DNA of 64,000 nucleotides. It comes from Phycisphaerae bacterium. Its GTDB lineage: Bacteria > Planctomycetota > Phycisphaerae > UBA1845. The stretch spans positions 1,408,001-1,472,000 of the forward strand of contig CAXXGO010000006.1 in assembly GCA_963666835.2 (NCBI GenBank), given 5' to 3'. The notes beneath the pieces are model-generated. The model searched no databases. It was not told where the DNA came from and saw nothing but the letters and a program-made list of their open reading frames with translations. The stretch's first letter is position 1, and the number at the start of each line of letters is the position of its first letter. Below, piece by piece: positions 19,583-27,461 of the stretch. The translations under genes and the position numbers were made by a program.

Positions 19583-20953
19583 ATGATCAAATTCGGACCC
19601 GGCAACCTGCGGATCCCCCGGTTTGAGAAGCCGGTCTATCTGGTCGCAGGGGGTCTTACCGACTTCAGGAAGAAGTACCCGGAGAAGAACACTTCCGAGC
19701 TTTGCACGGAAGCTCTCCGGATGGCGGTCGAGGAGAATGACCTGAAGGTCTCCGCGGAGGAGTTTCGCCGCAAAGTGAACTGGTGCGTGTATTCCCAGTT
19801 CGCGGACCACTTCGGGGATCAGCTTCTGGCCGCCTCTAAGATCCATGACTATCTAGGATTCGACCCACTCGGCAACATCGAGGTCAAAACCGGCGGCGCG
19901 ACCGGCGGTTCTTCCGTGCTGGCGGCCGCGCAAGCGGTGGCCTCGGGCTACGCGGACTGCGTACCGGTCGTCGGCTGGGAGCGCATGGACGATGTCAGCA
20001 CGAAGGTCGGTAACTCGTACATCGCGAGTGCCGCGTGCAAGGATTTCGAGTCTGAGCTGGGCTGGATGTACGCGGCGTATTACGCGTTGATGGCTCAGCG
20101 GTATCAGTACGAGAACCAGGTGCCGCACGAGACGCTCGCCAAGATCGCCTGCAAGAACCGAGAGTACGCCGTGTATTCACCCTTCTCGCAGAGCCCGGGC
20201 AAGTACACCGTAGAAGACGTGTTGAAGAACGAGGTTGTGTCCGACCCGCTCACGTTCCTCGAGTGCTGCGTGATGAGTGTCGGATCAGCGGTTCTGATCC
20301 TCGCGGACGAGAAGACCGCATATGAGCTGACCGATACCCCGATTCGGCTTAAGGCGATCTGCGGTGGCTCGCACACATTGCGGACGGCCGACCGGCGAAA
20401 CATGCCGATCCTTCTGCTGCCCAATGAGACGGAAGAGACCTACAAGAACTACTTCAACGAGCGCTGCACTGAATGGCCGGGCTTCAGTTCGTTCTTGGCC
20501 GCCCGCATGGCGGCTTACCTGGCGTACAACATGGCCGGGATCAAGGACCCGGTAGAGGATTTCGACCTGCTGGAGACGCACGACGCGTTCACGATTAGTG
20601 ACATTCAGACATACGAGGATATCGGGCTGCGTCCTTACGGTCGCGGTCGCGAGTTCATTGAGTCGGGTGACGCGTACTTCGAGGGCAGGCTCCCGACCAA
20701 CCTATCGGGCGGTCTGATCGGCTCCATGCACGCGGTGGGTGCCACCGGGATTTTCCAGATCATCGAGGTGCTCTGGCAACTGCAGGGCAAGTGGGACAAG
20801 TTCCACGCAGACCCGGAGATGTGGACCCGGTTCGGCAAGAAGAAGCCCGCCGAGTTCCGCAGTTTGCAGGTGAAAGGCCCGAAGCGCGGCTGTGCAATCA
20901 GCCATGCCGGAACCGGTAGTCACGTAACGTGCTCGATTCTGGAGAAACCGTAG
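19583..20953 (+). CDS. Thiolase-fold protein (SCP2/archaeal-type), lacking the N-domain catalytic Cys
   Basis: VVGWERMD, PLTFLECCVMSVGSA, LETHDAFT, PTNLSGGLIGSMHAVGATG; KTGGATGG at the usual CAxG position. Confidence 0.88.
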   Translation: MIKFGPGNLRIPRFEKPVYLVAGGLTDFRKKYPEKNTSELCTEALRMAVEENDLKVSAEEFRRKVNWCVYSQFADHFGDQLLAASKIHDYLGFDPLGNIEVKTGGATGGSSVLAAAQAVASGYADCVPVVGWERMDDVSTKVGNSYIASAACKDFESELGWMYAAYYALMAQRYQYENQVPHETLAKIACKNREYAVYSPFSQSPGKYTVEDVLKNEVVSDPLTFLECCVMSVGSAVLILADEKTAYELTDTPIRLKAICGGSHTLRTADRRNMPILLLPNETEETYKNYFNERCTEWPGFSSFLAARMAAYLAYNMAGIKDPVEDFDLLETHDAFTISDIQTYEDIGLRPYGRGREFIESGDAYFEGRLPTNLSGGLIGSMHAVGATGIFQIIEVLWQLQGKWDKFHADPEMWTRFGKKKPAEFRSLQVKGPKRGCAISHAGTGSHVTCSILEKP

Positions 20954-21082
20954 GAACGGAATTCCGGACGCCCGACGGCGGGCAGGCCGGACGTCGGTCC
21001 GGCTGACACTTCGGTGTCATTCACAAGTGGAGTTTTCGCCGTCTGTCGTTCATGATTCGCTATTCATCGAGAGGTCAATACT

Positions 21083-21556
21083 ATGGCAATTGAATGGCCC
21101 ACCACAGCATGCGAAGTGCTGAACGATGATCCGTTGATCATCAAGAATGCCAAGACGTGGCATCACTCCCACAGCTACGGCGGCTGGGGGAAGTTCTTCA
21201 AGGGGCTGCGCGAGAAGAAGCTTTTCGCCACGCGCTGCACCAATCCTGAGTGTGAGGAAAACCGGCTGTGGCTGCCGCCCCGTTGCGAATGTGTCGATTG
21301 CTGGCACAAGACCGAATGGGTCGAAGCTCCCCAGCAGGGGCGGATATACACCTTCTCCACGGTGACGTACCCGGGCGAGCTATTCAAGCTCCCGGCCGGC
21401 ACGCCGCTGATCAGCATCGAGATCGAAGGGGTCTGCACCAAGCTGATGAGTTGGTTGAAGGAAGGCAAGCCCGAATTCGGAATGCCGGTGAAGGCCGTGT
21501 TCAACACTGCTAATCCGACGAACACGATCCTGGACCTGGCTTGGGTGCCGGCTTAA
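21083..21556 (+). CDS. Zn-ribbon/OB-fold protein (DUF35)
   Basis: FFKGLREKKLFATRCTNPEC..LPPRCECVDC..WVE..GRIYTFSTV..GMPVKAVF. Confidence 0.9.
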   Translation: MAIEWPTTACEVLNDDPLIIKNAKTWHHSHSYGGWGKFFKGLREKKLFATRCTNPECEENRLWLPPRCECVDCWHKTEWVEAPQQGRIYTFSTVTYPGELFKLPAGTPLISIEIEGVCTKLMSWLKEGKPEFGMPVKAVFNTANPTNTILDLAWVPA

Positions 21557-21597
21557 CGTCACCCTAAACGAATTGTGACGCAGGTAGCAGTTGACGC

Positions 21598-21633
21598 CGC
21601 CCGGCAAGGGACCCTTGCCGGGCGGTGTTTTGT
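21598..21633. terminator. Probable (bidirectional) intrinsic terminator
   Basis: ccgcccggcaaggg-a-cccttgccgggcgg inverted repeat followed by tgttttg, between convergent genes. Confidence 0.7.
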
Positions 21634-21693
21634 TGACGTGATAGCTGATCCTGACGCCATCGCGTCCGGCCTTGCCTGCTTGATCCTCGTGTG

Positions 21694-22347
21694 TCAGAAT
21701 CGCTCGTTTCCGAATTCGGCACAGTACGGTTTTTGGCGTATCTGTGCGGACGTGCGGTTCAAAGCGTGAAGTACGTATCCTGGAAGCACGACCCTCCACG
21801 GGCCATCGCCACATAGGCCGAACTTGGGCAGCAATCTCGATTGTTGACCAGCCATCGGGTAGATGGCTGCGATGGTATGCCGGTCGACCTCAGGCAGTTC
21901 TGCCGCTTCGATCTTCAGCAACTCAATACTCACTTGGCGGTAACCGTCGAGGACAAACCCCACACAGCTATATCGGCGATACCTGCGCACCCGAGTGTTT
22001 GGATCCACCTCATCTTTCCAAGGCGGATCGACAACATATTGGCGCGTCCTTTCGGCTCCAGCAGTGTGATACTCGTCAGCGACCTCCGCGATCCATGCCG
22101 ATAGTTCCTTGATCTCATCACTGGTCAGCGGAACATGTCCTGCTACATGCACCTTCATTGCCTCTCCACGCCCGAGTGGCGGCCGCATGTGAACGGCGTA
22201 TACATCGTCCTCTGCTTCGGCAGAGCATCTATCTGCGTCGTGCAAACCAACGTGCGCTATCAGGCGACGTTCCTTGTCGGCATACATTCCGATTACATCG
22301 TACCTGGATAGGGTATGCGGCCCGCGGGCAAGATCAAGAATGGGCAT
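21694..22347 (-). CDS. Hypothetical protein, probable permuted NlpC/P60 (papain-like) cysteine hydrolase
   Basis: YDVIG..IAHVGL (His) precedes QY..RRYSCVGFVLDGY..IEL (Cys); GGAG RBS before ATG 22347 (alternative TTG 22374). Confidence 0.6.
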   Translation of the reverse strand: MPILDLARGPHTLSRYDVIGMYADKERRLIAHVGLHDADRCSAEAEDDVYAVHMRPPLGRGEAMKVHVAGHVPLTSDEIKELSAWIAEVADEYHTAGAERTRQYVVDPPWKDEVDPNTRVRRYRRYSCVGFVLDGYRQVSIELLKIEAAELPEVDRHTIAAIYPMAGQQSRLLPKFGLCGDGPWRVVLPGYVLHALNRTSAQIRQKPYCAEFGNERF

Positions 22348-22370
22348 TTGGCACTCCGGAATGCATAGAC

Positions 22371-23432
22371 TCAATCCGCCCCAAGCACATCAATCGCGCG
22401 GTTAAGCAAGGCGCGAGGTGCATCCGGAACCACAGCAGTTCGATTTGCCCAGACCTCTCGCAGTTCACACAGCTTGCGACGCAGCCGCCGCACGAACCAC
22501 GCGGCGCCCAGATCCCGGGCAATACTCACTACACGGCATGTTTCGCTACTTGCCATCGCGGCCAGGGCGTAGATGGCAAGGTGCGCCATGGCGGCGCTCT
22601 GGCTTACTGTAATGGCGTACCGATTCAGTAGGGACTCCGCGATCTGGGCAACTTCCTCTGCAAGATCCGCGTGCCGGTCCACATCCATCGGGGGCTGCGC
22701 TTCAAAGATGCGACCAAGCATCTTGACGGTCACGAGACTCGTCTCGACGGAATGACCCGGTTGCAGTAACGGGTGCAGAGAGTCGGCATCATCCGGGGCT
22801 AACATCGAGGCACCCGTGCGAATCGCAGCCAACACGACTGCCTCGTCGTGAGGGTCAGTGCTATCACGATACCGTTTCGCAAAGTTCAAGAACCAGGGCG
22901 CGAGTCGGCTGCTATCGTTAACGGTGAAGCTTGTGTCCTCAGCGAGCAGGATCATCTTACGCAATCGAGGCAGGTCTGATTGGGCATCCGCCTGGAGGAT
23001 CTCCGCAGCAAGTACCGCCGGAGCCCATAACGAGATGTCATCCGCATTGGTTTCGCTGTCCCGACCATGCAAAGGCCTCTCAACTGCGGCGGACTCCGCC
23101 AACACCATACCGGCAGCGGTCCTCTCGTCCCAACAACTGCCACGGTTCGACCTCCCGCATTGCTGCATCAATGCTACTATATCCGAAAGGCTGAATGCTC
23201 GGCTCGCCCCGTAAGATGGCGCGTCAATCCCGTCTGACTGGATGTCCCCGCCACGCTTCCGGATTCCACTTACTGCTCCCCACTCGCCTTCGACATGCAA
23301 TTGGTCTTGTGCAGGACTACAGAATCTATAGGGACCATACCCGTACTGCCAATCTGGCCCATCTGAAACCCGACGGCCTTCTAGTTCCGTTGATGGTGTT
23401 TGTCCCTTTTGACCTTCGATTGCATCAGACAT
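22371..23432 (-). CDS. Hypothetical protein with a helical (HEAT-like) C-terminal region
   Basis: 353-aa ORF, 8-bp overlap with the upstream gene; amphipathic Ala/Leu-rich helices. Confidence 0.65.
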   Translation of the reverse strand: MSDAIEGQKGQTPSTELEGRRVSDGPDWQYGYGPYRFCSPAQDQLHVEGEWGAVSGIRKRGGDIQSDGIDAPSYGASRAFSLSDIVALMQQCGRSNRGSCWDERTAAGMVLAESAAVERPLHGRDSETNADDISLWAPAVLAAEILQADAQSDLPRLRKMILLAEDTSFTVNDSSRLAPWFLNFAKRYRDSTDPHDEAVVLAAIRTGASMLAPDDADSLHPLLQPGHSVETSLVTVKMLGRIFEAQPPMDVDRHADLAEEVAQIAESLLNRYAITVSQSAAMAHLAIYALAAMASSETCRVVSIARDLGAAWFVRRLRRKLCELREVWANRTAVVPDAPRALLNRAIDVLGAD

Positions 23433-24150
23433 CGCTCGGTCCCTTCTGCATACCGCGAGTCAGCGGAAGATTGGGGACACGCCCAGGCAGCCAAGTCTCT
23501 ATGGATTGACCGAGAACGTCGAGTTTGCCTTTTGCCTTCTTGGCCTTCTCTGCAACTTCTACCACCTGCTCGTATGTCAGCTCTGCTTCGAAGGACTTTG
23601 GCAATCCGTCCTCACCAGTGGCGATGATATGCAGACGCGTGTACGGCATCATCCCCTCAAGCTTCTCTCGATTCCGATCGAAGATCGGTCTTAAGTCGCA
23701 GATCAACTCGACCGTCTCAAGTTGCTGCCCGGTCGTTTTCGCCAGACGCTCGGCCTTGCGATAACGAACCAGAGCAGGGTAGGGTTGGATCAATTCACCC
23801 AAAGCTTGCGTCAACCGGGTGAGTGTGTCCTCGTCGCAGGGCGGATGCTCCTCGTCAATGGCCTGCTTCAAGTCTCCGATGATACGCTCCACGTCTGAAG
23901 GCATAAGGTTTCGGATTGCTCTTCCCACCGCGTCCGCCGACTTACGGTCTTGGATGACCTCGTGGATCGATGTGAGCAGACTTCTGAGATCTAGAAACCT
24001 ATCGGCTTTGGCCAAATGCTTCCGAATCCCTTGGATCTCTTCGTCCGATAAGCTAGCGATGGTCTTTAGGTCGTCCACCATGCCCGGGATGGAGCTTGGG
24101 CGCTCAAGGAACGGCGAGTAACCTCGGATGAACATGACTGGCTCTGGCAT
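23425..24150 (-). CDS. Hypothetical protein with a COMM-domain-like C-terminus
   Basis: Helical N-terminus, then KAERL..QLETVELICDLRPIF..MPYTRLHI..KSFEAELTYEQVVEVAEKAKKAKGKL (three strands plus a long helix). Confidence 0.6.
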   Translation of the reverse strand: MPEPVMFIRGYSPFLERPSSIPGMVDDLKTIASLSDEEIQGIRKHLAKADRFLDLRSLLTSIHEVIQDRKSADAVGRAIRNLMPSDVERIIGDLKQAIDEEHPPCDEDTLTRLTQALGELIQPYPALVRYRKAERLAKTTGQQLETVELICDLRPIFDRNREKLEGMMPYTRLHIIATGEDGLPKSFEAELTYEQVVEVAEKAKKAKGKLDVLGQSIETWLPGRVPNLPLTRGMQKGPSDV

Positions 24151-24457
24151 GATCTTCTATCCCCGGTTTTCGCCCTCGAAGCGGGCTCTTACCTTGTGTC
24201 CGATTGTGCAACGCTGTGAAATCTAAGTAATTCCGCCACATCACTCCGCCGAATACTAGGCCGCGTCGGACTTTTGGCAACCCCTCTGAATCATCCGACA
24301 GCGACGGTGTACATCGCAACAACAAACGACACAGATAGACGCCTGGGTCTGCGATCACCAAGAGGACCGCGGGAGCGTTGGCAGAAGCGAAGGCAACCGC
24401 ATTGCGCAACGGGCGTCTGATTTAGCTGATAGGCGTCGCGGCGTTCTCCTTTCTCGC

Positions 24458-25276
24458 CTACTTACCGCCGGCGCACATGGGGCGGAGGGCTTCGAACAGG
24501 CGGCGGCTTTCGCGGCAGGCGCAGTCGCACGGGTCACACACGAAGAACGCTCTATCGCCCCGGCCGCGGGTACGCCGAAGAAGCCGGCCGATCCTCCGTA
24601 CGCACTCTTCGGTTTCATCGGTGGCTTGGCTTGCGGCGGTGTTCACGATTACGACGTCGCTTTCGAGTAGTCCGTGGTACGGTTGTTGGAGCTGGACGCG
24701 TGTCGCCAGCTCGTCACCGAGCGGAGAACAGAGGAACGCCTTCATTTGCGATCGGGTGAGCATGTCACGCTGCTCGGGAGGTTGCGGCTCGTCCATCGTC
24801 GTGCCGGCGTCGAGCCCGAACATCTCCGAAGCGAACGCATGCGTGTCGTCCAGAATCCGCTCAAACTCGGTCGCCGCACGCACCGGGTCCCGGAACACGA
24901 CATCCAGTCTCGTCGGGGTCGGCATGACGAAGACCCGGTAGTCGTAGGGGTAGGCGTAGCGTAGGGCCGCGTCGGCGTCCGCCTCTACGGCCACAGACCC
25001 GAAACGGTCGACGCGATGTATGGCGGTCAGCGCGTCCGGCAGGACTTCGAAGACGTGATCCGCGTCGTAGTCGATCCACCGAGCGCTGGCGATACCCCAC
25101 TTTCGCGGAGAGCTGGCCCCCTTGGTCGGCGGGAATTTGTCGCCCCCTTTTCTGACCAGGCGGATGTAGTGTGGACGATGCGCCCACAGCCGATCGACCA
25201 TTGTCCGGATGACGGCGCTCTTTCCCGAGCGTCTAGGACCACTGACAAACGTTACACCCAAACCCATATTCGCCAC
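24458..25276 (-). CDS. Hypothetical P-loop-containing protein
   Basis: VTFVSGPRRSGKS Walker A-like motif; LESDVVIVN resembles SIMIBI GTPases. Confidence 0.65.
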   Translation of the reverse strand: MANMGLGVTFVSGPRRSGKSAVIRTMVDRLWAHRPHYIRLVRKGGDKFPPTKGASSPRKWGIASARWIDYDADHVFEVLPDALTAIHRVDRFGSVAVEADADAALRYAYPYDYRVFVMPTPTRLDVVFRDPVRAATEFERILDDTHAFASEMFGLDAGTTMDEPQPPEQRDMLTRSQMKAFLCSPLGDELATRVQLQQPYHGLLESDVVIVNTAASQATDETEECVRRIGRLLRRTRGRGDRAFFVCDPCDCACRESRRLFEALRPMCAGGK

Positions 25277-25557
25277 GCACTCCGCATTCCGTACGAACGT
25301 ACACCGCCGATTCTAAATCATAGGCGCCGAATCGGCCCCGAGCCACGCCGGTACGGGCAATGTTCCCGGACTCGCGGCACGATCATGTCACAACGGACGT
25401 GAAAGCTGTTATCCCGCAGAGTTATCGGAATGCCAGTTACTGTCCGGGTTGCGTTCATAGGGGAAAGTGCTCGACTCAGGACGCCGGCCGAATCGTTACC
25501 GGGGTGAGCCGTCCGGTTGTTTACCGATGCCGGGATGGCGGGCCTGCTCCCGGCAGT

Positions 25558-26178
25558 TCATGAGCCGGACGCTGCGAATCCTGCGGGCTGGTCTGCTTCC
25601 GACTTTGCTCGCCGCAGGGCGAGGATCAACTCGACCTCGCCGGTGGTGCGTTCGGCCTCGCGAGCGATATCCGCAATCGGCAATCCGCCGTCTGCCAGGC
25701 GATAGACGAGGGCATGTCGCTCGTCCGGCACCTCTTCCGTCGGGGGCGAGGCTGCTCCGTCGTCCTCGCTTACGGTTACGTCCAGCGCATCTCCGGTGCC
25801 GACGGTCCGAGCCAGGCGAGAGAGCTTCTCGATCCGCTCGTCGGCGTCCCGGATCACCGTCTCCAACTTGGCGAACCGCGTGTCGATTCGCCCATGAATC
25901 TGCCGGGCGAGCTGGTCCAATTCCAACATCACCCGCTCGACATCATGTCTGACGGCGGACTCTCTTTGCAGGTCGGCATACATCTCGCGTGCGGAGGTCC
26001 GCGGAGCCGTTCGGCGGACGCGCAGCCGGCGATACGTGGAGATCATTAGTATAGTCAGCCCTCCGACGGCGAGAGCCAGCATGATGAGCTGGGAAGTGCT
26101 CACCGGATTCGCCCCGAAGGATGCCGCCAAACCGGCAGAGGCCGCGTTAGAACTGGTCAACGGTATCGTGACGTCCAT
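25558..26178 (-). CDS. Membrane-anchored coiled-coil protein with a C-terminal HTH (DUF6115/DUF2802-like)
   Basis: TM segment, coiled coil, VYRLADGGLPIADIAREAERTTGEVELILAL. Confidence 0.75.
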   Translation of the reverse strand: MDVTIPLTSSNAASAGLAASFGANPVSTSQLIMLALAVGGLTILMISTYRRLRVRRTAPRTSAREMYADLQRESAVRHDVERVMLELDQLARQIHGRIDTRFAKLETVIRDADERIEKLSRLARTVGTGDALDVTVSEDDGAASPPTEEVPDERHALVYRLADGGLPIADIAREAERTTGEVELILALRRAKSEADQPAGFAASGS

Positions 26179-26260
26179 GCCACACCTTCCGGTTCCTTCA
26201 ATGCCCGGGTCACATCCTCCGGCGACCCGTTTGATTGGCCGTTACTCGTACGTCCGCTTG

Positions 26261-27445
26261 TTAACCCGAGGGATCCGTCTTGGCGCTCCATGCTGCGTTG
26301 GCTGCGGCGACAACCTGACGGAGCGGCACTCCATGCCGCTCGGCGGCGGCTCGACAGTCCTCGTACTCCGGACTGGCGGTAATCAACCCGCCGCCCTCTC
26401 CGACTTTCATACGCAACTTGCCGTAGGTTGTTGACACGATCTCGTGGTGGCGGCACAGAATCGTACGTTTTGTCTCATGCCGACGTATACCGAACGTCGG
26501 CGTCTCGGCAAACAGGACCCTCTCCAGAGCCGAGACTCGTCCGGGTTCGCAAAGAACGGTCAATACCACGCCCGGACGGGACTTCTTCATCTGTATCGGC
26601 ACGGCATACGCGTCGAGTGCACCCTCGGCCATCAGACGCTCGATGCAGTAGCCGATCGTCTCCGCTGAGACATCGTCCAGATTAGTTTCCAGTACTGTTA
26701 CCCGGTTGGTGTCGGTATTGCCGGGGATGTCCCCGACCAAGACGCGCAGGATGTTCGGACGACCACGACCCTCCCGCGTGCCGGCACCGCAACCCACCGT
26801 CCGCAGTGTCATGGCCGGCGGCGGCCCGAATGCCGCCGCGAGAGTACTGAGCAACGCTGCTGCGGTAGGTGTGACCAGTTCGCCCACTTCGTCACCCGGA
26901 CAAACCGGTATATCCTTGAGCAGCTCGATCGTGGCCGGCGCCGGCACCGGCAAGGTGCCGTGGGCGCACTTGACAGTTCCCGAGCCGATCGCCACCGGGG
27001 AGCAAGTTACTTGTTCTACGCCGAGCAGCTCGAGAGCCAACACCGCTCCCACGATGTCGAGGATGGAATCGACCGCTCCAACCTCGTGGAAGTGGACTTT
27101 CTCGATATCCGAACCGTGTACCGCCGCCTCGGCTTCGGCCAGTCTCCGGAACACTCGGCTCGCTTTGTCCTTAACGGAATCGGACAGGGTGGAACCCGTG
27201 ATGATCCCCAGGATGTCCGCCAGGTGCCGGTGCGGCTGATCGGCCGGGTCCTCCAAGTCCACTTTGAAACGAGTCGCGGCGAAACCTTGCTTATTGGCTC
27301 GCTCGATTGAGAGCGTGTGCCCCCCGATCGCGAGACCGGATAGTCCGGCACACAACGCCTGCCTTGGCGCGCCGGCCGCTATCAGCGCGGCCACGATCAT
27401 ATCGCCGCCGGCGCCGCTAAAGCAGTCGAAGTGCGCGACTTTCAT
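26261..27445 (-). CDS. larC: Nickel-pincer cofactor biosynthesis protein LarC
   Basis: FDCFSGAGGDM, VHFHEVGAVDSILDIVG, HGTLPVPAPAT, ETNLDD, MKKSRPG, PEYEDC. Confidence 0.93.
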   Translation of the reverse strand: MKVAHFDCFSGAGGDMIVAALIAAGAPRQALCAGLSGLAIGGHTLSIERANKQGFAATRFKVDLEDPADQPHRHLADILGIITGSTLSDSVKDKASRVFRRLAEAEAAVHGSDIEKVHFHEVGAVDSILDIVGAVLALELLGVEQVTCSPVAIGSGTVKCAHGTLPVPAPATIELLKDIPVCPGDEVGELVTPTAAALLSTLAAAFGPPPAMTLRTVGCGAGTREGRGRPNILRVLVGDIPGNTDTNRVTVLETNLDDVSAETIGYCIERLMAEGALDAYAVPIQMKKSRPGVVLTVLCEPGRVSALERVLFAETPTFGIRRHETKRTILCRHHEIVSTTYGKLRMKVGEGGGLITASPEYEDCRAAAERHGVPLRQVVAAANAAWSAKTDPSG

Positions 27446-27461
27446 TTTGACCCTCGGTGTC

